From: Eledone cirrhosa
Lineage: Eukaryota
Reading direction: 5' to 3'
Length of the DNA: 64,000 nt
Assembly (NCBI GenBank): GCA_964016885.1
Contig: OZ024741.1
Location: 138,818,001-138,882,000 of the forward strand
Part shown: piece after piece, positions 1 to 13,502 of the stretch
How positions within the stretch are numbered: the stretch's first letter is position 1
Layout of the letters: every line of letters starts with the position of its first letter
Program-made: the position numbers and the translations under genes
Notes under the pieces: generated by a model
Database searches by the model: none
The model's input: the letters and a program-made list of their open reading frames with translations, nothing else
Told to the model about the DNA's origin: nothing

Positions 1-1579
1 CTCCAGCAACTACAACGAAACACCTTATCAGATATTTTAAAGTTTCGCCTCTGCCTTCTTGGGAATATTGATAATATTAATTACAATTTTTCCGACGTGG
101 AATTGAATTGGCCTCGCAGTCCTTTTTGTAGCTTAACAGCTTTTATTCAATACAACTGACAATATTGAAATAAATTATCATCGTGAAAAACCAGTTGATT
201 TGTAATGTCGGTTAAATAGAAACACATGTTACAGGTAGTTATTTTATAGACTCTCATGAAATGAAATGAAGAATTTATCATAGTTCTATGCCAAATACTG
301 AAAGGTTTAATATTAATAGAGCAGCATATATACATGTAAGAGTATACTAATTCTATAAAACGTTCGTTACAGTTTCAGATCACAGGCTTCACGTTATTCG
401 ATCGGTCTCTCTGCAACTATTTCCAATATTTCTCCCTCTTTGCACGTCAATAAAGTACCAGTCAAGTAATGGGATGGTGACTTTTCTTCTATAACTATTT
501 CTCCCTCACTCTCTCCGCTTTTTTATTCTTACTCTGCCTAGACACAGAGAGGGTTACACATTGTAACGTTTAACTGGCAGGCTGTAAATCACTACAGTGA
601 ACCTACGACTCCAACTGTTAAAGACTGTTATACACCTACCCCATCGCTTTTCCCTCAGAATCGTTTATATATTTCAATATGTTGTGAGCAGATTACTCCA
701 TCGGCATTCTTAACAGCAATTGGAACGTTACAATTTTTGTAAGTCATATTACATTACTTGGCATTCTTCTGTCCCGACGAACAGTGTGCTAATTATTCGG
801 ACAAAGAACTAATTCCACATGCATTTAAAGTGGAAATGTTAGAGCATTTCTTAGACTCGTGTACATTTAACGTAGTTCTCAAGTCAGGGAAATGGCCTGA
901 CATGAACTGTGTGTCTTGACAAAGGACTCAACACACCACACAGATATGATATACCCACCTAACAATCGTGTACCGAACATTCTAAACAATATAAAAAGCT
1001 CCATCACATGTATCACCAATAAACCTCCCAATGCTAAGATTTATGAATTTGTGACAAATCTTTTTAAAATAAACATTAATATAGATTTAAACTAATTTTA
1101 TGGAAAGAAAATCAAGAAGTTTGAACTTTGAGAATAACAACTATTGCATAATTTATATTATGAATATTTGTTTTATAGGGTTATTGTCAACTCTCCTGAT
1201 TTTAGGATGTTTATCACTTGCTTGTAGTAAGTAGTATTAGGCTAGACAGTCCAGTCAGCGATATTTTACTTCACACCGTTTAATAATACTGAGCTGGTTC
1301 AGAGAATTAATGTTTTCTATAACAGTATGAATTATTTTAGTATCCGGCTTTAACTTAGGAGATCAATCACATACATTTTATGGAAATCTAACAAAGTAAT
1401 TATGAATTAAATCATATACTACAATGGTTTATTGATTCAATATATGAATAAATATAAAACTCTAATAAAGATGTGAATAGGTTTTATAATCTACATTCAA
1501 TAGACTTTACACTATAGTTGCATCATTGACAACACGAAAAATCATGATATATGTCTATCCTGTATTCATTATATTAAAC

Positions 1580-1958
1580 AGGTGGATTGGCAGTGTCGGT
1601 GGAGGGTCGGACGGCATGCATTCCAGCATAGTTATATCCCTTTACAGTCTGAGTTCAAATCCCGTCGAGGTTAACTTTGCCATTCATCCTTACGTGGTCG
1701 ATAAAAAAAGTACCAGTAATGCACTGGGTTATTGCTGGCCTTCTGCCAAATGTAGAAACAATTATATTAAACAAACGGTGGATTGGCAGTATCGGTAGAG
1801 GGTCGGACGTCATGATTTGTCCTTTATGGTCTGAGTTCAAATCCCGCCGATGTTAAATTTGCCTTTCGGCCTTACAGGGTCTATAAAATAAAGTACCAGT
1901 AATACACTGGAATAACTGCTGGCCTTGTGCCAAAAGTAGAAACAATCATATTAAACAA
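1580..1958 (+). mobile_element. Two tandem tRNA-derived Meta-type SINE copies (others at ~25800-25990, 42570-42770, 43500-43810, 47450-47620)
   Basis: A/B-box-like TGGCAGT..GG / GAGTTCAAATCC, followed by AACTTTGCCTTTC..GGTCGATAAAATAAAGTACC. Confidence 0.7.
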
Positions 1959-3315
1959 ACTTTTACCTTACACGGGGGCTTTAGATAAAACTAAAATTAA
2001 ATGCCCAATAATATATAGACTTATAATTTAAGGCGGTGTATTAACAGAGCTGTTAGGCTGTTGGATCAAATACCTAAGTAATTTTTCGGCGCTCTGCTCT
2101 TTTAATTCAATTGCTGCAGGTGTTAATTTTTCCTTCATAAATTTGGGATCAATTAACGTTGACATGCTCATAAGTGGTGTTAGGGAAAACATGTTAATCA
2201 GAAAACAGCCAACACAACCATTTTTATGCATCCTTCCTCTCACTGGCAGGAGAGGTGGCCAGCAAGGAAATCCTAATGGAAAAATTGTTTTCTTTGTTCA
2301 ATATGAGGATCTGTACTTTTACTTCTATGATGTATCCTTACTATATTAATATTCCACTGTATGCAAAAACAGAGGAAAAATTCTCCTCTATTATGGAGAG
2401 CGAAATATCTGCAATGTACAATTGGGACTCATTTTTGTGTCAGTATTGAGACATAGATGAAGATAATTGTAGATTGGTACACAGCGGAGCTCTCTAGTTA
2501 AAAATAGAAGCAAACGGCAAATATTTAACAAATAACATATTAAAATATTACACCGTTAAAATATTTCCAACGATCCTGCGAAATTACTCGCCTCAGTTGC
2601 ACATATCCAATCAACTATAAATATCTATCAAATCACTACATATATAATGCACTATAAAACCTAATATTTGACTTATTATTAAATGTGTAATGTAATATGA
2701 ACTTTAATTCAACGTTCACATAAAAAATACACATAAAATGATAGTGCTTATGCAACCGCGCGACCACCTAACACATCTTTCTCAAATCCTATTAGACAAA
2801 AAGCACAGAAGATTCTGAAAAAAAACGATAAAAAAAAAAACAGTAGATTCCAAAATGGAGTGGCTTTAATTATAATTTACATGATGGAGACTGATCTGAA
2901 TCTAACTTAACAACAAACACAACAGCAGCTGGTATAATATAGAATATTACCTCTTCAAACACTCCCAAATTCTACTATTGGCTCTAAAGCTGCCAACATA
3001 AACTACAATTTATGCAAACTAAAGAGTGGCTAGGCAATTATATATCATGTTTAAAAACAAAAACAGATCACGTAGATCATATTATATCGTTGGGTTTCAG
3101 AAAAAGGAAACAGAATTTCATAAAACCCCATGGGGTGCCTATAGACGTAGTGTGGTATACAATGATTTTTGGGGAAGTATTTTGTGTAGCTGAGGAAAAC
3201 GCAACAACCAGTAATGTACAGTATATATGGATTATATATACATATCGAAGAGCCCTCTTCGGTCACGAATGAGCATATGATTTGCACCTAGAAAGTTTCC
3301 TTCCGAAACACAAGT

Positions 3316-3655
3316 CCGGGCAAGGTTGTTTGAGGAAGACCAGCAGTTTGCCATGCATACCAGCCTCCTTTCTCCACAGCACCGATGATGTCAAAGGGAA
3401 AGGCTATGGCCGATAAAACTTGGCACCAGTGCCGTCGCGACTCATTTCTACAGTTGAGTAAACTAGTGCAGTGTCAAATAAAGTGTCTTGTTCAAGGACA
3501 AAACGCACCACCAGGTCCAAGAATAGAACTCACAATCTTTTGATTGCACGGCCAATGCTCTAACCAGTAAGCCATATCTACAAGCCTAAACCACTTGGCG
3601 CCGCGTTAGGAATTGTAGAAACATTTCTCACTGTATCTCTTCCTCTCCCTTTTTA

Positions 3656-3697
<42 letters not shown>

Positions 3698-3730
3698 CTC
3701 TCTTCCTCTCTCTCTCTCTCTCTCTCCCTC

Positions 3731-3807
<77 letters not shown>

Positions 3808-4134
3808 GAAGAGATACAGTGAGAAATGTTTCTACAATTCCTAACGCGGCGCCAAGTGGTTTAGGCTTGTAGATATGGCTTACTGGTTAGAGCATTGGCC
3901 GTGCAATCAAAAGATTGTGAGTTCTATTCTTGGACCTGGTGGTGCGTTTTGTCCTTGAACAAGACACTTTATTTGACACTGCACTAGTTTACTCAACTGT
4001 AGAAATGAGTCGCGACGGCACTGGTGCCAAGTTTTATCGGCCATAGCCTTTCCCTTTGACATCATCGGTGCTGTGGAGAAAGGAGGCTGGTATGCATGGC
4101 CAACTGCTGGTCTTCCTCAAACAACCTTTCCCGG
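3316..4134. repeat. Large inverted duplication (~330-bp arms) containing a tRNA-derived CORE-type SINE, centred on (CT)n(TA)n(GA)n
   Basis: 3316-3648 is almost exactly the reverse complement of ~3803-4134. Confidence 0.92.
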
Positions 4135-4136
4135 TC

Positions 4137-4185
<49 letters not shown>

Positions 4186-4317
4186 TTATTATAAGAACAG
4201 ATTAAACTTTAAGCAAAGTATCGCTGCTTTCAAACATTCTTCTGAAACGTTAAGGGTGAAAGCAGCTATTATTTACTTAAACTTTAATCTGTTCTTATAA
4301 TAAATATTTTCTCTATG

Positions 4318-4420
<103 letters not shown>

Positions 4421-4440
4421 ACATATATATATATATAAAT

Positions 4441-4921
4441 ATACTATGATGAGAGAAGAAACATTAGATATAATTAATAATAAGATATATCATACCTAAA
4501 GTCCCTTGGTCGAGTAACCTTTGAAGTGTGGTGACAGCTGGAAAGCTATAATTACTCATACTTCTCGCCACCTTAGCCATCTCTTCTACGGCTTTGATAT
4601 ATGTACCCCCTCCGCCTCCGTGGTATTTTTTTCATGGTTATAAGAGGCTTAGCTCTGTTTCTTGACCGCTGTATCACGTGATTGACTTCCCCTCCGCCTT
4701 TCGGGATTCTATCTCGCGTCCTACGGACGTGTTTTGAAACTCTTAATGAGGTATCCTTTTGATAAATCGGCAGAACTCAAAAACATTTTATATCTCTGTG
4801 ATGTAGTGTTTTTGCATAATATGCCACGAAACTACGCAGTCGAGGATTAAAGTAGAAGTTTAGGTATGATATATCTTATCATTAATTATATCTAATGTTT
4901 CTTCTCTTTTCAAAATGTATT
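4441..4921. repeat. Short element with ~55-bp terminal inverted repeats (possibly an inverted pLTR type)
   Basis: AGAGAAGAAACATTAGATATAATTAAT..CATACCTAAA (4451-4500) is the reverse complement of 4858-4907. Confidence 0.65.
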
Positions 4922-5080
4922 ATATAGCTCTGATACTGAATCAATCTAATCCATTCGGATTATTTTGTCCCAGCTATTCATAGAGCAACATCGGTTGAGG
5001 TTGGCACCACTAATTCAAAGATATATGTGGATATATTCATGTATATGTATGTGTCAGCATGTATCTATGTGTTTCTATAT

Positions 5081-5186
<106 letters not shown>

Positions 5187-5418
5187 GACAGTCGATCGAC
5201 TTTCGTCATATCGGCCCGAGCAAACAATGTTTCCATTGGTCTTTCCAATTGCTAATACTATCTATCCGTCGCATCTCCAGATAGAAGAAGCAACGTGAAA
5301 TAACGTGTCTTGGCCAAGTACGTAACGCATCACCCGGCCCGAGAATCGATCTCACAAGCTCACGATTGCGAATCCAATAATATATATTTTCAACCGTTCA
5401 ACAGATTGGCATATGCGT

Positions 5419-5461
5419 ACAGTCCTGATGAAGGGTAATGACCCAGAAACATGTTGTTTGT
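5419..5461 (+). ncRNA. Degenerate minimal hammerhead
   Basis: acaguc-CUGAUGA-aGGGU aaug ACCCa-GAAA-CAUG-UU-guuugu; palindromic stem III ACAUGU, weakened stem I. Confidence 0.6.
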
Positions 5462-6557
5462 TCCCCAATGTTGAATAAACGGATGACAATGTCATCGGCA
5501 CGGCACAGCTTTAATCAGGCCGTTTGTTTACAAACGAAGCGAATATTATTGTTAATGTTTCATATAACCCATACGTACATATATATATATATATGTATAT
5601 GTGGGTATGTGTGTGTGTGAGTGTATGTATGTGTGTCTATGTACGTATGCATACTTACACATTTATATATATAAATATTAATTGATTAATTTAATTAGAC
5701 AATTCTAATGATTGGTTAATTGTTTATGTTTGTTTAATAACATCGTTGAGAGCTTTCATTCGGTTTGTGTAAAGGATTTAGTTCCTTTGTTCAAATTTTG
5801 AATTTGACCGCCAACACCGGGGGTTACCTCCCTTCGGAGAATCCACGTGACTACTAGCAGTGTTTACTACTAGCCTTTTCAACCGGTGAAGGCAGACCGA
5901 AAACTTGTTGATGAAGTAAATTCCAGTGTTCTATCTTCCAAAGCCCAATTAGCTTGCAGGTCCCTACAAATGGATTTTGTTGATTTCGGATTTACAGAAA
6001 CCTAGTGGAGATGTAATATGTCCATTATGGTGCAGGTAACAGTCAAACGTTTCCCTGAGTCGGGTTTTTTGTTCTGGTCCTAGCCGGTTTTTTCATTGTT
6101 CTGGCTTCAATTTGCATAGATGTTTAAACGTAATGTTATAACTCTAAGGTAAAATTCCTTATAGAGTGCTTTTGGCTGCACTTCCCGACAGCATTCGATA
6201 GCTTGCCCGCAACCGGAACTTCGATTATGCTGTACTAATTTCCTGTATATATATATATATAGTCTGCCGGGCGCCAATCGGCGCCGCTTGCACAGGACTT
6301 CGTGCTCTTTTCGACATAAGATAACGCCATCCAACTGGCTGGGCAGCCAGGCCGGTACTCATTTATACAGCTGAGTAAACTGGAGCAACGTGAAATAAAG
6401 TGTCTTGCTCAAGGAAACAACACATCACCCGATCGAGAGTTGAACTCACAACCTTTCGATTGCAGGCCCAATGCGTTAACCACTAAGCCATGCCCATTCA
6501 CACACACATATATATATATACACACATATACATATATATATATATATACATATATAC

Positions 6558-6594
<37 letters not shown>

Positions 6595-6645
6595 TATAAA
6601 TATAAATACATATATATATATATACATATATATAAGTATAAATAC

Positions 6646-6684
<39 letters not shown>

Positions 6685-6742
6685 CATATATATAAATATA
6701 AATACATATATATATATATACATATATATAAATATAAATACA

Positions 6743-6774
<32 letters not shown>

Positions 6775-6795
6775 CATATATATATATATAAATAC

Positions 6796-6826
<31 letters not shown>

Positions 6827-6943
6827 CTTGTGTATAATGGTAGCTATGGTGCTTCCATGGGCGGTATGCCAAAATTACCACTCAATATTCTTACATGTTT
6901 TTTGATGATAACACCCCAGTGAGAAAATTTCCTCCGAAAGAAT

Positions 6944-7039
6944 TGCATTTGTCCGAAGAACCTGCAGCCGTAGAATCAGCCAGATCCATACAGTGATCAC
7001 ATCTCGAGCTACCTGCCGGCGAAACAATTGTAACACGCA
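6944..7039 (+). ncRNA. Hammerhead-like motif (U4C core, long stem II)
   Basis: UGU-CCGAAGA-(~60-nt stem II region)-GAAA-CAAUUG-UA-ACA; palindromic stem III ACAAUUGU. Confidence 0.5.
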
Positions 7040-7226
7040 ATAAACTGAGTCCAGATGCATCACTGATTTTTCGTTTTGTTATAGTATATATATATATATG
7101 AATGTATATATAATGTATTTTGCAATACACTTTATGCTTAATTAAAAGCATTTTGAAGACCGTATGCTATTGTTTTAGAGTAGTGACAAACTCACTTATT
7201 TTAATCCCAGTAAACAAGGGGAGATA

Positions 7227-7271
7227 AGCCGACAAGGCCTTGTTTCGCATTTATTGATGCTTATCAAGGCT
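7227..7271 (-). ncRNA. Type I hammerhead ribozyme, U3-A8 variant (inverted arm)
   Basis: Exact reverse complement of the 7621-7665 motif. Confidence 0.85.
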
Positions 7272-7620
7272 AACTACTCCCTCCTGTCTACTGAGATCAC
7301 TGATGTTATATTCTTATAGAATTCTAGTAAATAATCAGGAACTGATTATACAGAGCGGTTGCCGGTCAGACAGAAATTAAAAATTAGAATTGGAGCTCTG
7401 AAATAGCAATATATATATGAATGTATATATAATGTATTTTGAAATACACTTTATGCTTAATTAAAAGCTTTTTGAAGACCGTATGCTATTGTTTTAGAGT
7501 AGTGACAAACTCACTTACTTTAATCTCAGCAACCGGTTCTGTATAATCAGTTCCTGATTATTTACTACAATTCTATCATAATATAACATCAGTGATCTCA
7601 GTAGACAGGAGGGAGTAGTT

Positions 7621-7665
7621 AGCCTTGATAAGCATCAATAAATGCGAAACAAGGCCTTGTCGGCT
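7621..7665 (+). ncRNA. Type I hammerhead ribozyme, U3-A8 variant
   Basis: AGCC-UUGAUAA-GCAU caauaa AUGC-GAAA-CAAGGCCUUG-UC-GGCU; predicted cleavage after C7661. Confidence 0.85.
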
Positions 7666-7939
7666 TATCTCCCCTTCTTTGCTGAGATTAAAGTAAGTGA
7701 GTTTGTCACTACTCTAAGACAATAGCCAACGGTCTTCAAAATGCTTTTAATTAAGCATAAAGTGTATTGCAAAATACATTATATATACATTCATATATAT
7801 ATTGCTTTTTCAGAGCTCCAATTCTAATTTTTAATTTCTGCCTGACCGGCAACCGCTCTGTATAATCAGTTCCTGATTATTTACTAGAATTCTATAAGAA
7901 TATAACATCAGTGATCTCAGTAGACGGAAGGGAGTAGTT

Positions 7940-7984
7940 AGCCTTGATAAGCATCAATAAATGCGAAACAAGGCCTTGTCGGCT
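7940..7984 (+). ncRNA. Type I hammerhead ribozyme, U3-A8 variant (second unit)
   Basis: Identical to the 7621-7665 motif; predicted cleavage after C7980. Confidence 0.85.
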
Positions 7985-8143
7985 TATCTCCCCTTCTTTG
8001 CTGAGATTAAAGTAAGTGAGTTTGTCACTACTCTAAAACAATAGCATACGGTCTTCAAAATGCTTTTAATTAAGCATAAAGTGTATTGCAAAATACATTA
8101 TATATACATTCATATATACATTGCTCTTTCAGAGCTCCAATTC

Positions 8144-8194
<51 letters not shown>

Positions 8195-8202
8195 GAGAGA
8201 GA

Positions 8203-8268
<66 letters not shown>

Positions 8269-8286
8269 GAGAGAGTGAGAGTAAAT

Positions 8287-8333
8287 CTTCTACAGGACTA
8301 GAACTGTTTCATTCGTGAGAAATCATCAGGAAG
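8287..8333 (-). ncRNA. Type I hammerhead ribozyme, canonical core
   Basis: CUUC-CUGAUGA-uUUC ucac GAAu-GAAA-CAG uucuaguc CUG-UA-GAAG. Confidence 0.75.
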
Positions 8334-8380
8334 CTTCCAGATGATTTCTCACGAATGAAACACTTCTAGTGCTGTAGAAG
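8334..8380 (+). ncRNA. Degenerate hammerhead, mirror copy of 8287-8333
   Basis: CUUC-CAGAUGA-...-GAAA-CAC..CUG-UA-GAAG; U4A core change and a stem III mismatch. Confidence 0.55.
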
Positions 8381-8919
8381 CTTTTCTCTATTAAAACATT
8401 TATACTCTGCTATGTATTGAGTACCTTACTTACTGTGGTTACCCGTGATTGAACCCGGAATAACTTATGTTATCGAGTATGGCCATTGCATGATATACCA
8501 TTATTAATAATTATTAATTAATTCTATCGTGCAATGCCTGTGCGTCAAGATATTTTTTAAAGTGAGGAAAGACTGTGCACTGAACCAATCATACTCTCTG
8601 AGCGACAGTGGCTATAACCCGAAAAGAAGAAAAGATCAACATCATCGGTAACTACTGAGCTAGAGATTTTATATCGGAGTTATCCCAGTTTCCTGAGTTG
8701 CCATCTCCTAGAAGTATTCCCTGACAAAGGCCAGGGGTCTTTCCCTCCCAGTGGTTTAACTGCGCGGTACATTCGTATATACATATTTACACACTTTTGG
8801 ATGGCCGTTGACTCTTATGAGTTCTGCCACCCTTTATCAGGTTTTGTTTTTTTGTCATGCAGGGTGTCCAAAATCACCCCCCACACCAAGTAAACTTACA
8901 TATATCTAAAGTCTGTCTT

Positions 8920-9186
8920 AAGCCAGAAGGCTCATTTAGCCGGTGCTTAACCCGGTTTCATCGCGTGAAGCGACTGAGTGTACAAGACTCCACCCTGGAC
9001 AGGACGCCATTCCATCGCAGGGTTAAACCTCCAGCTATTGCTCGTACTTATTTTCAGCCGAGTATACTGGAGCAACGTGAAATGAAGTGTTTTGCTCAAG
9101 AACACAACACGCAACCCAGGAATTGAGCCCATGACATTATGATCGTAAGTCCAACACTCTTACCACTAGGCCACGTGCCTCCACCT

Positions 9187-9187
<1 letters not shown>
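8920..9187 (-). mobile_element. tRNA-derived CORE-type SINE (others at ~5230-5375, 6330-6495, 19130-19250)
   Basis: Head GGAGGCACGTGGCCTAGTGGTAAGAG, then a CORE-like TTCTTGAGCAAAACACTTCATTTCACGTTGCTCCAG. Confidence 0.75.
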
Positions 9188-9655
<468 letters not shown>

Positions 9656-10105
9656 AATAAATAGAGATTGATGAACATATAAAAATACATGAATAATCAC
9701 AGGAGATAATTTTAGCTTGCGTGTAATCGTGCATAGCTAGTTTAGTCAATATTTACCTTTAAGTGTGATTAACCTTCCTTGTATATATCCCATTAAAGAA
9801 ATATATTTCACAAATTAATCAGATGGTAAGTCACGGAAAGTGGATATTATTGGATTGTCAACAAGGAAAGTGATAATTTCTAGCTATTCGTGCTTACAGA
9901 GCGAGATCAAATCCTCAACTATCCGTTACCACGTGTTGCGTCCACATAAAATAACGGTTTCGTTTCAGTGGCTTGAAAAGGTATTCGACAACTAGAAATA
10001 GCAGTCAAAATTCTTCTCAACAGAAATAGCTCTACAATTAAGGAGCCGTATATATATATCTAAGTCTGGATTTAGATATATATACATATATATATATATA
10101 TATAC

Positions 10106-10194
<89 letters not shown>

Positions 10195-10197
<3 letters not shown>

Positions 10198-12657
10198 GTT
10201 TGTATATGTATAAAAAAGCCTAAACAATGCGGGTATGGACATAGAATAAAGAATGCAAATGCAAAAGATGGGGTTGACAATTAGTCTTTTACCTTAGATT
10301 TATTTAAATGTCCTTAATTTTCGAGATAATATCTCTTCTTCGGAGGGAAGTAAAGCGGTTAAACCAGTGTTCTAAATAGCTTGCCAATGGATCGCCCACT
10401 CTGGCCACCGCCTGCCAACCGCGAGCTTGAAGAAAAACACTCGAGGCTAAAACATTCCGTATTTAACATCTTACGGAAACAGAAGAAGATATCCCCAAAC
10501 CTCTCCAGGACACAACAACTCGCCTTGAAGAACCTACAGAATAGGGAACTTATATACTTACCATCCGACAAAGGTAAAGTGTGTTTGCGTCATCTCTCAA
10601 GCCACATATAACAACCTAGCCTTTGAACACCTAAGCGACAATAAACTATGTACAGAGATCCCTGACATGACTGCAGCCCAGATCGAAAAACAGACCAACT
10701 CCATCTGGTTCGACATCTGTAAGAGAAGACAACCCCCAAATAAAGTTAAGCTCAACTACACCACAGAAATAGCAGAGCCCACTTTCTACCCCTCATCAAG
10801 ACCCACAAAAATAGTACAAAGGCACAAATAAGACCCATCGTCTCTAGCATAGAAGGACCCCTATACAAAATTTCCTGTCTCCTCTCCCAGGTCCTCAAGC
10901 CTCTACTCTCCACCTTTCCCGGGCACGTCAGTAACTCCGACGTAGACTACACCAACTCCAGCCAGAACAACTTAAATTAAATAGATACGCTTTTAGCCTC
11001 GACGTTATCTCCATTTACACTACAGTCCCAGCTCATCCAGCTGTCGATTTATTGACGGACTGCGTGGTCGCAGAGGTCATCCACTGCTAAGGCCTCCTTC
11101 CGACGGACATACACCAGCTTTTGTCCTTCACAGTGGACAACGCGTACTTCACCTTCCACCACCACACATACAGCAGACAACAGGATTACCCATGAGATCC
11201 AGCCTATCGGGCCTGTTGGCCATCACCTATATGAACCAGCTAGAATGCCGAGCTCTCAACACCTGCCATTCCCATACCTTCTTCACCTGATATGTAGATG
11301 ACATACTCATTCTTACATCATCCCGTGAGGAGGCGGATAAAATATACACAACATTCTCTAGCATGGACGCCAGTATAAAGTTCAGCATGGAAAACCGCGA
11401 TGACCGGGGATCCCTATCCCTACTGGACCTCCAACTCAGGGTAACAAAGGAAGGCAACATCCACACTTGCTTCTATAAAAAAGCAGCCAGCAGGGACCTG
11501 TTCGTACATTTCAGATCGGCCCTCCCAGCCAGCGCTAAGTTCGGATACATAAGGAACGAACTACACGTAACCGGAACAAATGCACCGCCGCTAGAGACCG
11601 AGACACACACACCACACATTTCCTGGAAGTACTCAAACTGAACGGATACACGACATCCACCACAAACCGTGCCAGAAAGAACAGAGGACACCACACCCGA
11701 GGCACTAACACTTGCTTCCTGAAGCTCCCACACTTCAGTGACGAAACAACAACAGCCATCCACAGAGCTATCAGACGAGAGGGAGTAGATATCCAACTGG
11801 CCCACTGATGTCCTTCTCTACGCGCACAGCTAACCAAAACACACTCCACCAGGCATGACAACCACTGCAGGCTAGCCAACTGCCCCATCAACGACACAGA
11901 CCTATGCCACCTGGCTTACGTGGTATACGGACTAGAGTGCGACAAATGCAGCAACTTCTACTCCACATAAGAATAAAAGAACACCTCAATACTAACGCTT
12001 CCTCATTTAAGAAACACCTAGTTAAATGCAAAAACACCGACAAAACTATAACAGTTAGGATAGAAACTAAGGAAAGAAACCTCGGCAATCTTAGAATTAA
12101 GGAAGCACTAATTATAGACAAAACACAATCACCAATCAATAATAGACTAGAACTCAACACCCAATTTATAACTTGAGAGAGCATCTAGCCCTATATTTAC
12201 ACCCCCCTCCCACACACACGCACACACACACGCACGCACACACGCACACACACACACACACACATACACACACCACCCGCTTACACCTCCACTTATTCTC
12301 TCTCACACACACACATACTTACACCTCACACATTCTCCCACACACTTAAACAGGCATGTAAAAAAAACCTTTTAAAGGGAGACTACTCTTTATCCACCTA
12401 ACCTTAACTCTTTCACATTAAAGATAGAACAGATACTCTATACCATTTCCTGTCAGCATGACTTGGCAAGCTATTTAGAACACTGGTTTAACAGCTTTAC
12501 TTCCCTCCGAAGAAAAGATATTATCTCGAAAATTAAGGACATTTAAATAAATCTAATGTAAAAGACTAATTGTCAACAATATCTTTTGCATTTGCATTCT
12601 TTATTCTATGTCCATACCTGCATTGTTTTGGCTTTATTATACATATAAAACGTTTAT
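10195..12657 (+). mobile_element. Penelope-like element (degenerate RT and GIY-YIG) with an inverted pLTR copy at its 5' end
   Basis: Frameshifted motifs LPSDKG, IKTHK..IRPIVS, FSLDV, YVDD, YKK, then a Cys-rich linker, HIRIKEHL and IKEALII. 10195-10387 is the reverse complement of ~12463-12655. Confidence 0.88.
12504..12538 (+). ncRNA. Minimal hammerhead-like motif (U4C core) in a PLE pLTR; mirror copy at 10312-10346 (-)
   Basis: CCU-CCGAAGA-a(G/A)AGAU auu AUCUC-GAAA-AU-UA-AGG. Confidence 0.55.
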
Positions 12658-12739
12658 ACCTCATTGCACAATGCTTCAAGTGAACTATAACTTCCTCCTA
12701 TAAATATATATATATATATAAGTTGGAGGCACGTGGAAT

Positions 12740-12950
12740 GATGGTAAAATCCGATATAGTATTTCTGCGACACCTAAATAAATAATACTGTCAGCTTATA
12801 ATAAATAATAAACTTTTGGTATAATGATCGAACAAGGATATCACTTTCTCAACAGGCATTTTGTTGTGCGCCAGGATCTCACAGTGTTTGAAAGCACACG
12901 TGAACTCCAAAGGGGAGAAAACCCCTAGTTTTGGCAAATGAATTCAGTAT
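12740..12950. repeat. Unclassified dispersed repeat; second copy at ~29700-29918
   Basis: Shared GGTAAAATCC..TTTCTGCGAC.CCTAAAT..GAACAAGGAT.TCACTTTCTCAACAGG..ATGAATTCAGTATG. Confidence 0.7.
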
Positions 12951-13110
12951 GTGAAGTCATTGCAAAAATTTGCTAAAATAGCACAAAACAAATTAAGCTC
13001 TCGACCGAGTAGTTTCTACTGTTCCATAACGGTTATCACCCAAACTGATATAACAGCGATTATGAATAAACGAAGTGAATTACAACCCGTTCACTTATTT
13101 ATACTTCATG

Positions 13111-13236
<126 letters not shown>

Positions 13237-13502
13237 TATATTTCTTTTATTTGCCACTAGGGCATCAAAAGTGGGACAAGTACAAAGGGGGGAGTTTACA
13301 CAAAAACGCGTCCTCAATAAGGAGGAGGCAATAACAAAATATAAAAATAAAATAAGATATAACAAAAAATAAAATTTTTAACAAAATCCTCAATAGAGAG
13401 GAGGCGCCTTGGGGGGTCGCACACACCCCCGAAAAAAGTGTGCAACCCTTCTCCTCAGGAGCACAGAGAAGGGGTGCTCCCTTGGTCTTTCATCTTCCTC
13501 AC

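Larger units (their letters stand above)
7085..8149. mobile_element. Retrozyme-like non-autonomous element: 319-bp tandem unit with one HHR per unit plus an inverted arm
   Basis: About 2 direct units (7531-8149) preceded by about 1.4 inverted units (7085-7530). No credible ORF. Confidence 0.8.
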
